A stretch of DNA of 63,393 nucleotides, filler included, from Stramenopiles sp. TOSAG23-2 (lineage: Eukaryota), in assembly GCA_900128395.1 (NCBI GenBank). It is 3 parts of 3 records of this genome, joined end to end, with 100 filler letters (N's around TTAATTAATTAA, not from the genome) between each part and the next. Parts side by side here need not be neighbours in the genome. Positions count along the whole stretch, not along the records: positions 42,412 to 63,393 come from LT649545.1; 2 more parts are not named here. One strand, written 5' to 3'. The notes beneath the pieces were generated by a model. It was not told the DNA's origin. It made no database searches and was given only the letters and a program-made list of their open reading frames with translations. This document shows positions 54,658-63,393 of the stretch, one piece after another; the stretch's first letter is position 1, and every line of letters starts with the position of its first letter. Position numbers and translations under genes: made by a program.

Positions 54658-57600
54658 TTATATACGTTCGGCTTTACTTAGTCTTTTAGGTGCATATGCA
54701 TTCATCTCCTTTTGTAATTCCTCGATTTGTTCATTCATAAATTCTATATTTTCCTCTGCTTTTTTTAATTTGATTACTAATATTTTATGTTCCTCCTTTT
54801 CCTTTTCATAATCAGCTTTATCAATCATAAGTTTTGTTTCGTCATTCAATTTTTCCTCTAACTGTGAATACTTTTCAGCGTGAAAATGATGAGTTTTATG
54901 TAAATGTTCGTGAATTTCTTTTTGTAAATGTTGTTCCGTTGCAATCCGCTGTTTTTCACTGTTGCTACTTTCGTTTAAAATACGGTTAATATTCATTTCA
55001 TTGTAAACATTAAGACTATGTATTTGACCAATGTATTTTTTCTCTTGCAATTTTAATTCTGTGTTTAAAATATTTATCTTTGTTTCTTTTTTATGCAAAA
55101 GCATTTCTAGTGTCCTTACCCATTCTTCGATTGTTGATGTATCAATCTTGTTCTGTTTACTTTCGTCACTGTTGTTATTTTTGCCTCCTGTATCACCATC
55201 TTCACTGTTCTTCACTACTTTTTCACCTTTTGGCGTAGCAGAATCATTTTTTGAACTATTTTTGTACTTTTGAACTCTATCAAAAATCAAATGATGCATT
55301 TTATTGTGCAAATCTTCAGCTTCGTCACTTCGTACTTTTAATGCATGTTTTAAATGGGTCACCTCGTCGAAATGCCTTTGTTGAAGAATCAATTTATCTT
55401 CTTCATTCATTAATGCAATGTTTGCAAGGATTGAATGTATCTCGTTTGCAGACTTGATTTTCTCGGCATATGCTAAAATCCGATTTTCTAATTCTTTAAT
55501 CTTTGTTTCATATGCGATAGTTGTTTCTGTAAGTTTCGAAGCAGATGTAACTTTTGCTTCTTCCAGGGCTTTGATTTGCGAATGCAATTTCTCCATTTTT
55601 CTAGCTGTGTCTGTTCGTTTAAAAGTTTCTTTAATCATTTCCATTCTTTTCTGTTTAATCTTTTCCTCCAATTTTCTCAATTCATTTTTATGCTCCTCTT
55701 GAAGTTGTTTTGTTTGGCTTTTAAACGATTTACCTACTTCAATTGCTTTTTCTTTTTCATTTTGTAAAGCAGTTTCCAATATTTTTTTATCTCCATTTAA
55801 TATTGAGATCTTTTGCTTAAAGCTATCTATATTTTTACTATTATTCTTTATCTCATCATTTAATTTATTCCTTTCAGCTTGAAAATCATGAAAAGTTTGT
55901 ATAGTGTTTTCTAAATCTTGTTTTGCACGTTGATGTGTTTTAATTTCTTTGTCTTGATGTGTTATTCTTGTGTTAGCTTTACCCAAGTTTTGAACATGAG
56001 CATTATTTTCCTCCGACAGTTTCTTAGTTATACCTTGTTCAATACTTAATAATTTCCTTATATCATCTAATTCTTTATCATATCTATCTTGTATACGAAC
56101 CAGCCCATCTTGGTGTTGCCCGTGGACCATTAACATCTCATCATGCTTCCGTGTCAACCGTTCTATCTCATCAGTTTTTTCATGCAGTTCAACTTGTAGC
56201 TTTTGATTTTTTTTCACTATACCATCTATTTCCGTCTCTTTATTTATTAACTGGTCATTTTTTATACGCATTTGATCTTCTAGGTCCAAGTTTTTCCCCA
56301 ATTCTTTTTCGTGCTGCGCAGACGTTTCTTTTAATTTTAATGTAGATGCTTTAATTTGCACCTCCAAAGAAATTTTATCTCCTTCTAATATTGAACATGC
56401 CTTTATTAGCTGCGTGACTTTTTTTTCCAGCATATCTATTTTTGTACTTGTAGTAGATATCGTATCCTTTAATGACCTTTGATTATCTTTTAATGCATAT
56501 GATAAGTTATGAATTTTTGCATCTTTTTCACTTAATATTTGTTTATATTTTAATTGCATATCACCAACTTCCATCTGTAGAGTATGTTTGCCTTGTTGCA
56601 ATGCTTCTATTTTGTTTTGAAATGTTTCCATTTCAGCTTTTGTTTTATATTCTATTTCTTTAACCTTATGCTCCAAATTGTATATAGTTGCAGTTAAATT
56701 TTTATGTTCATTATTTTTTTCTTTTAGGATTTTTTGATATTTGGCATCATCTTCTTCCAATTCTTGTATGTGATCGGTTTGTGTTTTTTTTAAAAGATTT
56801 TGTAACACTTTCAAAGAATGCCTAACTTCAATGAGTGTTTTTTCCGATTCTTGCCTTTTAGCATTTTCAGCTTCATACTTTCGTTCAAAGTCTTCAGCTT
56901 GATCTTCAAATAACTCAGTCTTGTTACGAATTTCTTTTTCCATATTCTCTGCTTTACTTTTTGCATCCTCAGTTGTTTTTTCGTATTCCTGTATTTTATT
57001 ATTGCTAATTGTTAAATACTGATTCAGCTGTTTGTTAACCATTGCAGTTGCTTTTGTTTTTTCTTCAAGCTGTTTATGACTGTTAAATGTTGCATTAGCC
57101 CGCGTCTTTAATATATCGTATTCGTTTTTCAAATTTAACATATTTGTTTCTAACTCAGTGCATTTATGCGCAGCTACCATTTTTTGTTTTTTCAATTTAT
57201 TGAGAATATTTGCATTTGTTGTTTCTAATGTGAAACATTTTGCTTTCTGTAAATCCACCTTTGCATTTGCTTTGATTAATAATTTTTGATAGGATAGAGA
57301 TTCTGCTTTCTCTGCATTATATAGTTTATAATAATGTAGCTCATCTTTCTTGTAATTTATATTGTTGCTTTTGTTATTATTACTACTTAGGATGCCGTTC
57401 CATGTGACAAGCTCGCTTTCCAACGTATTGATTTTTCCTTTTAAACCGATATTTTCTTCCTCAAAAACAGAGTTTTGATTTCTTACATGTTCGTAATTTT
57501 TGATTACCTTTACTAAATCAGTCGAAAGTTTAATATGCTGTTCTTGTATTATTTTTTGCTTTTGACTGTCAGCATTTTCATCTTTTTGAATAATCGTCCA

Positions 57601-58959
57601 TTGTTTTACAAAACCTCCAAATATTGCATGCATTTTCTTATTTTCATTTTTCTCTTTCCTCAATACTTTGTGTTTTTCTGTCGCTAGGAATAAGTCTTTC
57701 ACTAATCCATTATTTTTCAATTCCAACGTTTCGACTTTAGTTTTTAGTCCTGATACTTCTTCACAAAGTTGATCAACAATGACATCGTTTTTTACTTTTA
57801 TGTTTTCAAGAGCTTCGTGCTTTTCTGCAACAGTTTGTTTTAGTGTATCTATGTGATTTTCTAGTTTGTCTTTTAATTGCTTTGATTCTTCCTTCTCTTC
57901 ATGCAGTGAAATATCTTGCTGCAATTCCATCAAACTCATCGCCGTTGCATTTGATGTCTTCGATGATTCCAATAATTCATCGTACTCGGCTTTATATTGA
58001 TTGCAAATTTCGTTTTTTTCCTCGACTTGGTTTGTTAATCTTTCTATATTTAATTTTAGTTCATCAACTAAAGCATCTTTGTTATTTAGTTGATGTTGTA
58101 AAACCATCATATTTTCACTTTGCTCTAATAGATCGGTTTCGTATTTGTCTAAAGTTTTTTGATGTCTTTGGTACATTTCATCACGATCATCTTCTTTGTT
58201 GTTATCACCATTTTGCATCTTTTCATTTGATTCATTTTCGTTGCTTCTTTTTAACATATTTTCACGGTTTCGATGCAACGCTTCATTTAATTTATTTTGC
58301 TGAATATTGTATGAATGTTTTAAAATACAATGGTCCTTATCTAATTGTTGGTACTTCATGCGATTTGTACGCAATGCTATTTGTTGCCGTTTAATAGTTG
58401 ATTCCAAATTTGCTAGTTGGACTCTACTTCTACTATTTTTCTCATCCAAGTTTGTGGATCTTAATTTGGCCTTTAAATATTTGTTTTCACGGACAAAACT
58501 TTGGTATTTTAATTTTAAATCTTCAACTTCTAATATCTTTTCTTTCAGTTTTTCTTGTACGACATAGTAATCGTTATTGTTATTGTTACTGTTATTAGTA
58601 TTACTTCTAAATCCTAGCCGACGATTGTTCTGATTATTGTGTTTTTTCATCATAGAAATATCAGCATCATTATTATTATTGTTATTACTTTTTACATATT
58701 GTTTATACATTCTTATTCTATCTTGTTGGTTGTTTTGGAGCTGCCATTGCTGTGGTGGCGATGGCGGTGTCGGCGAAGAAGGTGATTTAGCAAATTGTTT
58801 TTGTTGCAACTGTATTCTATGTATAGCAGCTGCAGCTTTATCTAAAAGACTATCATCAACTTCCGGAATTATATGCTGTTGTTGTTGGTTTTGCCTCAAT
58901 CGATCCTTTCCATACCTCTCTCGGTATTGCTCCCGTTGTTGTTGGTTCGTGTTATTCAT
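54658..58959 (-). CDS. Long coiled-coil protein (1433 aa), function unknown
   Basis: Single long ORF; E/K/Q/L-rich heptad character over more than 1100 aa; Q/N-rich N-terminus. Confidence 0.85.
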   Translation of the reverse strand: MNNTNQQQREQYRERYGKDRLRQNQQQQHIIPEVDDSLLDKAAAAIHRIQLQQKQFAKSPSSPTPPSPPQQWQLQNNQQDRIRMYKQYVKSNNNNNNDADISMMKKHNNQNNRRLGFRSNTNNSNNNNNDYYVVQEKLKEKILEVEDLKLKYQSFVRENKYLKAKLRSTNLDEKNSRSRVQLANLESTIKRQQIALRTNRMKYQQLDKDHCILKHSYNIQQNKLNEALHRNRENMLKRSNENESNEKMQNGDNNKEDDRDEMYQRHQKTLDKYETDLLEQSENMMVLQHQLNNKDALVDELKLNIERLTNQVEEKNEICNQYKAEYDELLESSKTSNATAMSLMELQQDISLHEEKEESKQLKDKLENHIDTLKQTVAEKHEALENIKVKNDVIVDQLCEEVSGLKTKVETLELKNNGLVKDLFLATEKHKVLRKEKNENKKMHAIFGGFVKQWTIIQKDENADSQKQKIIQEQHIKLSTDLVKVIKNYEHVRNQNSVFEEENIGLKGKINTLESELVTWNGILSSNNNKSNNINYKKDELHYYKLYNAEKAESLSYQKLLIKANAKVDLQKAKCFTLETTNANILNKLKKQKMVAAHKCTELETNMLNLKNEYDILKTRANATFNSHKQLEEKTKATAMVNKQLNQYLTISNNKIQEYEKTTEDAKSKAENMEKEIRNKTELFEDQAEDFERKYEAENAKRQESEKTLIEVRHSLKVLQNLLKKTQTDHIQELEEDDAKYQKILKEKNNEHKNLTATIYNLEHKVKEIEYKTKAEMETFQNKIEALQQGKHTLQMEVGDMQLKYKQILSEKDAKIHNLSYALKDNQRSLKDTISTTSTKIDMLEKKVTQLIKACSILEGDKISLEVQIKASTLKLKETSAQHEKELGKNLDLEDQMRIKNDQLINKETEIDGIVKKNQKLQVELHEKTDEIERLTRKHDEMLMVHGQHQDGLVRIQDRYDKELDDIRKLLSIEQGITKKLSEENNAHVQNLGKANTRITHQDKEIKTHQRAKQDLENTIQTFHDFQAERNKLNDEIKNNSKNIDSFKQKISILNGDKKILETALQNEKEKAIEVGKSFKSQTKQLQEEHKNELRKLEEKIKQKRMEMIKETFKRTDTARKMEKLHSQIKALEEAKVTSASKLTETTIAYETKIKELENRILAYAEKIKSANEIHSILANIALMNEEDKLILQQRHFDEVTHLKHALKVRSDEAEDLHNKMHHLIFDRVQKYKNSSKNDSATPKGEKVVKNSEDGDTGGKNNNSDESKQNKIDTSTIEEWVRTLEMLLHKKETKINILNTELKLQEKKYIGQIHSLNVYNEMNINRILNESSNSEKQRIATEQHLQKEIHEHLHKTHHFHAEKYSQLEEKLNDETKLMIDKADYEKEKEEHKILVIKLKKAEENIEFMNEQIEELQKEMNAYAPKRLSKAERI

Positions 58960-59270
58960 TTATTTCTTTACACTAATTAATTAATGATACAAATAGATAT
59001 GCGTGTCTTCTATATTTATTACAAATAAATAACTATACTCTAACTTAAACTCTACCCAGTTATATTATTATGTATATAATTTACTTTTACTCTCTCCACT
59101 AACTAGGTATATATTTTATAGTAATAATAAATAATATTAATAGTAGTATAGTATAATATATAATAATAATAGTAGTATTTCTCTGGAGTTGCTCTGGACT
59201 GGACACCATGGTTCTTCCATAAAGGCTGTGTGCAGTATCAGCACAGCCTTTTTGCTATTAGGCGGAACAC

Positions 59271-59514
59271 ACGCAGTGCTACAAACCGTGTCAAAAATGT
59301 ACACTTCACACTAATTAACAAAATAACAAAATAACACTATTCACTATGGGAAATATGTATATATCGTTTTCTAAAATGCCTATTTTATTTTTCATATATT
59401 TGGAAAAAATAGCAAATATCCGAAAATATAGAAAAAATGATGAATATTTCCCCCATAGTGAATAGTGTTAAGTGTACATTTTTTGCTCGAAGTGTACATT
59501 TTTGACACGGCACT
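59271..59514. mobile_element. MITE-like element, family C copy 2
   Basis: Perfect 22-bp IR ccgtgtcaaaaatgtacacttc (59286-59307) / gaagtgtacatttttgacacgg (59489-59510). The core (aacactattcactat...gaaatatgtatatatcgttttctaaaatgcc...aaatagcaaatatccgaaaat...ccccatagtgaatagtgttaagtg) is shared with 52126-52446. Confidence 0.8.
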
Positions 59515-59811
59515 CCGATTAACCCTAATTCTAACTATTGAATTTTCATCATCCAGTCATCTCATCATAAAAAAAAAAATAATAAAATTGTTTTTTATAA
59601 TGTTTAAGCACTTAATTGCAACCTCCTCCTATTATTATTATTGCTATTCGTTCTTCTTTTTTGTTGAATTGCACAAGTAATAATAATATACACACCACAT
59701 AAAACAATAGATAGATATTATAGACATATTTATTAAAACAGAAAGTATATAATAAGATAATTACGTAGAAATCAGCCATTGCATTATTATCAAAAAAAAA
59801 CCTGAAAAATT

Positions 59812-61170
59812 ATGTTATTAAGTAAAATAGTTTTGAAAACAGGAACAAGAGGTTCATTAATTAAAAGTGCGAAGAACAAGGTTAATTATACAACTACTAC
59901 ATTCAAAAAAAGATACTTTAATACGTCTTCTAAAACATGGAGAAGATATACGAATAAAACGTTTCATGAAAATGTTGGTGGTGATAACAATAGTACTTAT
60001 ATTCTTGCATCGGGGACAGTAGCCATTTCAACTGCATCTTTATTGTTTTCATCGTATATTTTTGCAGAGGAAGGTGAAGAGAAGAATTCAAATGCTTATG
60101 TAGCTGGCAAGGACAGTGAGAAAGAAGATGTAGAAAAAGAAGAAGAATTACCATCAAAAACCTGTAATACTATTTTAGCCGACCGTCACCGCGTATCTAT
60201 TTGTGGGTGGCCAATACGTGGTGCCAGAGACAAAAATGATCCCAGGGTAAAAAATATCAAATCATTGTTTGAACACGTATGGCAATCAGGGTACGATGGA
60301 ATAGAAATTAGTGTTGAAGATATGCTTGCAATGTATCCTAAGGAGGCGAAAAAAATGTCTTCATTAGAATTTGCTCAAATGTTGAAAGAGGAGGCAGATG
60401 AACATGGAATACAAATTTTTGGTTCATTATATCTTGTCACAGATAACACACCTGTTGCGGAAAGACCTCGTCCACATGATATGGATTTTACTGAAGATGA
60501 TTTTTGGGTAAGGATGGAGGAAAAACTTCGTTTGGACGTAGCAGCTGGGGCTGAATATGTTACATATCAAATTTGTTTACCACCAAGATTTATGAATACA
60601 GGTGGTGCATACCGAGGCGATAAAAAATATTATCAAACAGTCTGTGAAAGATTGGAACGGTTGACACAATTATGTCATATGCTTAATTTAAATGTGTATT
60701 TCGAAACACATATAGATAGAATCTCAGAAGATCCTATAGCATTTGCAGAAATAATCCAGTTGTACGAAGATACATATGGAAGAAAATTGGAATTGAATGG
60801 GGATTTGTCCCATTACATTTATCGTGGTATTACTAAAGGAGAGTCAATTGAGAATATCTTAAGTAGAGTGAATCATATGCATCAAAGAATGGCACGGACA
60901 CACGGTGATTTAAGTGTGAATGTCGTTGATCCTATTGAGGATTGGAATAATAAAGGCGTCACCTATGAAGCGTTTGAGCTAAGCGCAAGAGTGTTGAAAA
61001 ATGGTGGTGGATTAAGTAGTAGAACTATTAGTGGTGAAAGTGGCCCAATTCATTTGTGTACTGATCCTCTTTCAAATGATGCAAAAATGGTTCCATTACT
61101 TCGTGCAATGTGTAGTGTTGCCGATGGTGAGTTAGACTATCCATTAACACGCAATCCGTTTTTGGAGTAA
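59812..61170 (+). CDS. Xylose isomerase-like TIM barrel (sugar-phosphate isomerase/epimerase family), probable mitochondrial presequence
   Basis: GYDGIEI, VYFETHIDR, LNGDLSHY and HMHQR are typical metal-ligand motifs; K/R/T/S-rich, acid-free N-terminus followed by a hydrophobic segment. Confidence 0.75.
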   Translation: MLLSKIVLKTGTRGSLIKSAKNKVNYTTTTFKKRYFNTSSKTWRRYTNKTFHENVGGDNNSTYILASGTVAISTASLLFSSYIFAEEGEEKNSNAYVAGKDSEKEDVEKEEELPSKTCNTILADRHRVSICGWPIRGARDKNDPRVKNIKSLFEHVWQSGYDGIEISVEDMLAMYPKEAKKMSSLEFAQMLKEEADEHGIQIFGSLYLVTDNTPVAERPRPHDMDFTEDDFWVRMEEKLRLDVAAGAEYVTYQICLPPRFMNTGGAYRGDKKYYQTVCERLERLTQLCHMLNLNVYFETHIDRISEDPIAFAEIIQLYEDTYGRKLELNGDLSHYIYRGITKGESIENILSRVNHMHQRMARTHGDLSVNVVDPIEDWNNKGVTYEAFELSARVLKNGGGLSSRTISGESGPIHLCTDPLSNDAKMVPLLRAMCSVADGELDYPLTRNPFLE

Positions 61171-61903
61171 GAAATTCAAGTACACGCGTACCTTGAACCC
61201 GTGTGTACAATAATATGTCTGTGTACACACCGCCGAGAGAGAAGAGTGATTAGTACGATATGTTTATTTAAAGATCTTATTTTAAAATACGTATGTGTAT
61301 TTTATTATGATACTTCGTATATGCATATATAATTAAGTTTACGCGCATAATTTATTTTTTTATTAATTTACTCATGTAATAATTCCTACTCTTCAAAAGA
61401 ATACAATAATATATTGAAATAATCTATCTCACACTTTAGTGTGTTGATATATATATTTAACCCATAATAGAGAATACCAATGAAGGCAAATAGATGGTAT
61501 CAACTATTCGTAGGAGTTTTGATGAAAAACGAACATCATAGGAAGGCGGAGAATAAATTGTACCGGGCGTACAATTTTTTTGACATGTCTATAAATATTT
61601 AATTAATTGCATATGATATGCATAACTTAAAATATATTAATACGAACTCGTATTTTTTTATTATTTTTAATATTATAAAATATACGAAGTATTTAAAATA
61701 TTTAACCATCCATGATATATACATTAAAAAAAACATTTGACGCACCACCCCACACTGGCCCCCGCCCCCCTCCCAACATATGTACGAACTTTGTATACAA
61801 CGTACGACGTATTAAAATTACAGAGAGACTCTATCATCTCTTTCGCTTTTCGCTTCTATCTTAATACATACGTCGTAAGAAAATCTTATTTATATAAATC
61901 TTT

Positions 61904-63097
61904 TCAATCATCATCTTCCTCCTCCTCTTCATCAACTTCTTCAAGGATCGTTCCAGCCATTGCGACCTTTGCATCTTGTCCAGTACCTTTTTTGACAGTT
62001 ACCATACGTTCAAACTCTGTCAAACGCCGTTTCTGTCTAGTAAATACTTGAGATTGTTCCATAATACCACCAGCAATACTTAAAAATACATTTAAAAGTT
62101 CTACATCTTGAGTAGTAAATTTTTCGCCACGGTTTTTGTTAATCAACTGGATAACAGCTAATACGGTTTTATTATCAGAAGCAAAAATAGGGCAACACAA
62201 AATTTGCTTTGTTCTGAAATTATGTTTTTTATCATAATCTTGATTAAATCTTGGGTCGTTATATGCATCTCTAATGTTTAAAACTTCCCCAGTCCGTCCT
62301 ACATGACCAGCTAATCCAGACGTCATTGGAATACGAATTTCCACCGCACCTTGTAATGAATACAATTCCTCTCTTTGTCTATCAACTAAGAACAATGTGC
62401 ACCGGCCTGCATCTACCAATGCCGGTGTGCGATTTGTAAGAGTAAATGTCAAGGATGGCATGCCCATGCCGGAATTCACAGACTTGACGATGTCTAACAA
62501 AGCATGAATACGCCCTTGTGTAACTTGTTCCATTTCCAAAGTCATGTAAGTCCGTAAAATAGCACCTAACTGAGTTTGAAGATGTGATAATATTATTGCA
62601 TCTCTCTCAACAAATGGTACTGGGGCGCTACCTTTTCCTTTTTTATTGATCACTTGCAAGACAGCTACGGTTGAGCCATCCTGGTCCTTAATTGGGCAAC
62701 ACATCATAGATGTGGTTTTGTAACCAGTCTTAGCATCTGCATCCTGATTAAATCGATCATCTTTATATGCATCAGGTATATTCAACGTTTCCCCACTTTG
62801 ATAAACGTGGCCTGATAGACCAGTATTCCAAGGTATACGAATATCAAGCGCATCATCATTACTAGAATGTTTAATAACTAATTGCTCATTGATTTTGTCT
62901 ACGACGAAAACAGTAGCACGATCGCAACCCATCATTTTACATGCTTCTTCTACAACGAGAGACGTTGCGTGTGACAATGTAGTGGCTTGACTGATTTTTT
63001 TAATCATTTCTAACATTCCTACTAAATGTTCAGCTAAAATACCATTTTTTTTTAAATTTGCAGCTGCAGCTTTATTTGATGAAGTAGAATTGCCCAT
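61904..63097 (-). CDS. Standalone tandem GAF-GAF protein (PDE/CyaB-type), predicted N-myristoylated
   Basis: Two repeats, LNIPDAYKDDRFNQDAD..TGYKT.SMMCCPI..VAVLQVINK and LNIRDAYNDPRFNQDYD..NFRTKQILCCPI..LAVIQLINK; MGNSTS start; acidic tail with no catalytic domain. Confidence 0.9.
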   Translation of the reverse strand: MGNSTSSNKAAAANLKKNGILAEHLVGMLEMIKKISQATTLSHATSLVVEEACKMMGCDRATVFVVDKINEQLVIKHSSNDDALDIRIPWNTGLSGHVYQSGETLNIPDAYKDDRFNQDADAKTGYKTTSMMCCPIKDQDGSTVAVLQVINKKGKGSAPVPFVERDAIILSHLQTQLGAILRTYMTLEMEQVTQGRIHALLDIVKSVNSGMGMPSLTFTLTNRTPALVDAGRCTLFLVDRQREELYSLQGAVEIRIPMTSGLAGHVGRTGEVLNIRDAYNDPRFNQDYDKKHNFRTKQILCCPIFASDNKTVLAVIQLINKNRGEKFTTQDVELLNVFLSIAGGIMEQSQVFTRQKRRLTEFERMVTVKKGTGQDAKVAMAGTILEEVDEEEEEDDD

Positions 63098-63393
63098 GGT
63101 GATAACAGTATATCTATATACAAAAATCTGTATATATCTCTGAATCTATCGTTATATGAATATATATATATATATATGTAATATATATACAATATTTGTA
63201 AATATGATATAGAACTGATACTATATACAGATGATTTCTATCGAGAATGTATTAGGAGTATCCATGGATATGCCATGTATGTGCCCATGTGCCATATTAT
63301 ATTATTATTTATCACACGTGTGTTAGTAGTGTATACCTGCAGTATATGGTAAAAAACGTGCCGTAGAGCGTTAAACGTGCCGTTCGGGCGATT

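Noticed and set aside
54658-58959. Assigning the coiled-coil protein to myosin, SMC or kinesin
   Set aside because: No motor head, Walker motifs or hinge visible; only generic heptad composition.
1-63393. Alternative genetic code, tRNA/rRNA genes, viral or retroelement genes
   Set aside because: Multi-kb ORFs read cleanly in the standard code and end in TAA, TAG or TGA. I recognised no cloverleaf, rRNA, capsid, integrase or reverse-transcriptase motifs by eye; a tRNAscan/Rfam run would be needed to exclude small RNAs.

Overview
AT-rich, gene-dense, intron-poor eukaryotic DNA from a flagellated protist. The lineage cannot be fixed from sequence alone; a stramenopile-like marine protist is a guess. 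The window is three contigs joined by artificial 100-bp spacers (N44-TTAATTAATTAA-N44 at 21140-21239 and 42312-42411), so adjacency across these joins is unverified. About 20 protein-coding genes are supported, three of them with GT-AG introns that I reconstructed in frame: LtrA-like membrane protein, STPG/SHIPPO-repeat protein, a 4255-aa dynein heavy chain with degenerate ATPase motifs, aspartic protease, mitochondrial carrier, a frameshifted C2H2-zinc-finger/Myb gene, U-box, Sec14-GOLD, erythromycin-esterase-family enzyme, RINGv-DUF179-like fusion, SLC13/SLT transporter, F-BAR-like, BART, nitrilase, THOC7, AAA ATPase, TIM-barrel enzyme, a standalone tandem GAF protein and two large unassigned proteins. 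Non-coding highlights are a complete 4055-bp non-autonomous hAT-like element (17-bp perfect TIRs, 8-bp TSD), three MITE/foldback families, and systematic internal tandem duplications in the repeats. Intergenic word usage also appears polarised, with CCAG/CTGG islands at gene 5' ends and CGTA/TACG clusters at 3' ends. The strongest candidates for new biology are the pseudo-dynein, the intergenic word polarity and the repeat system.
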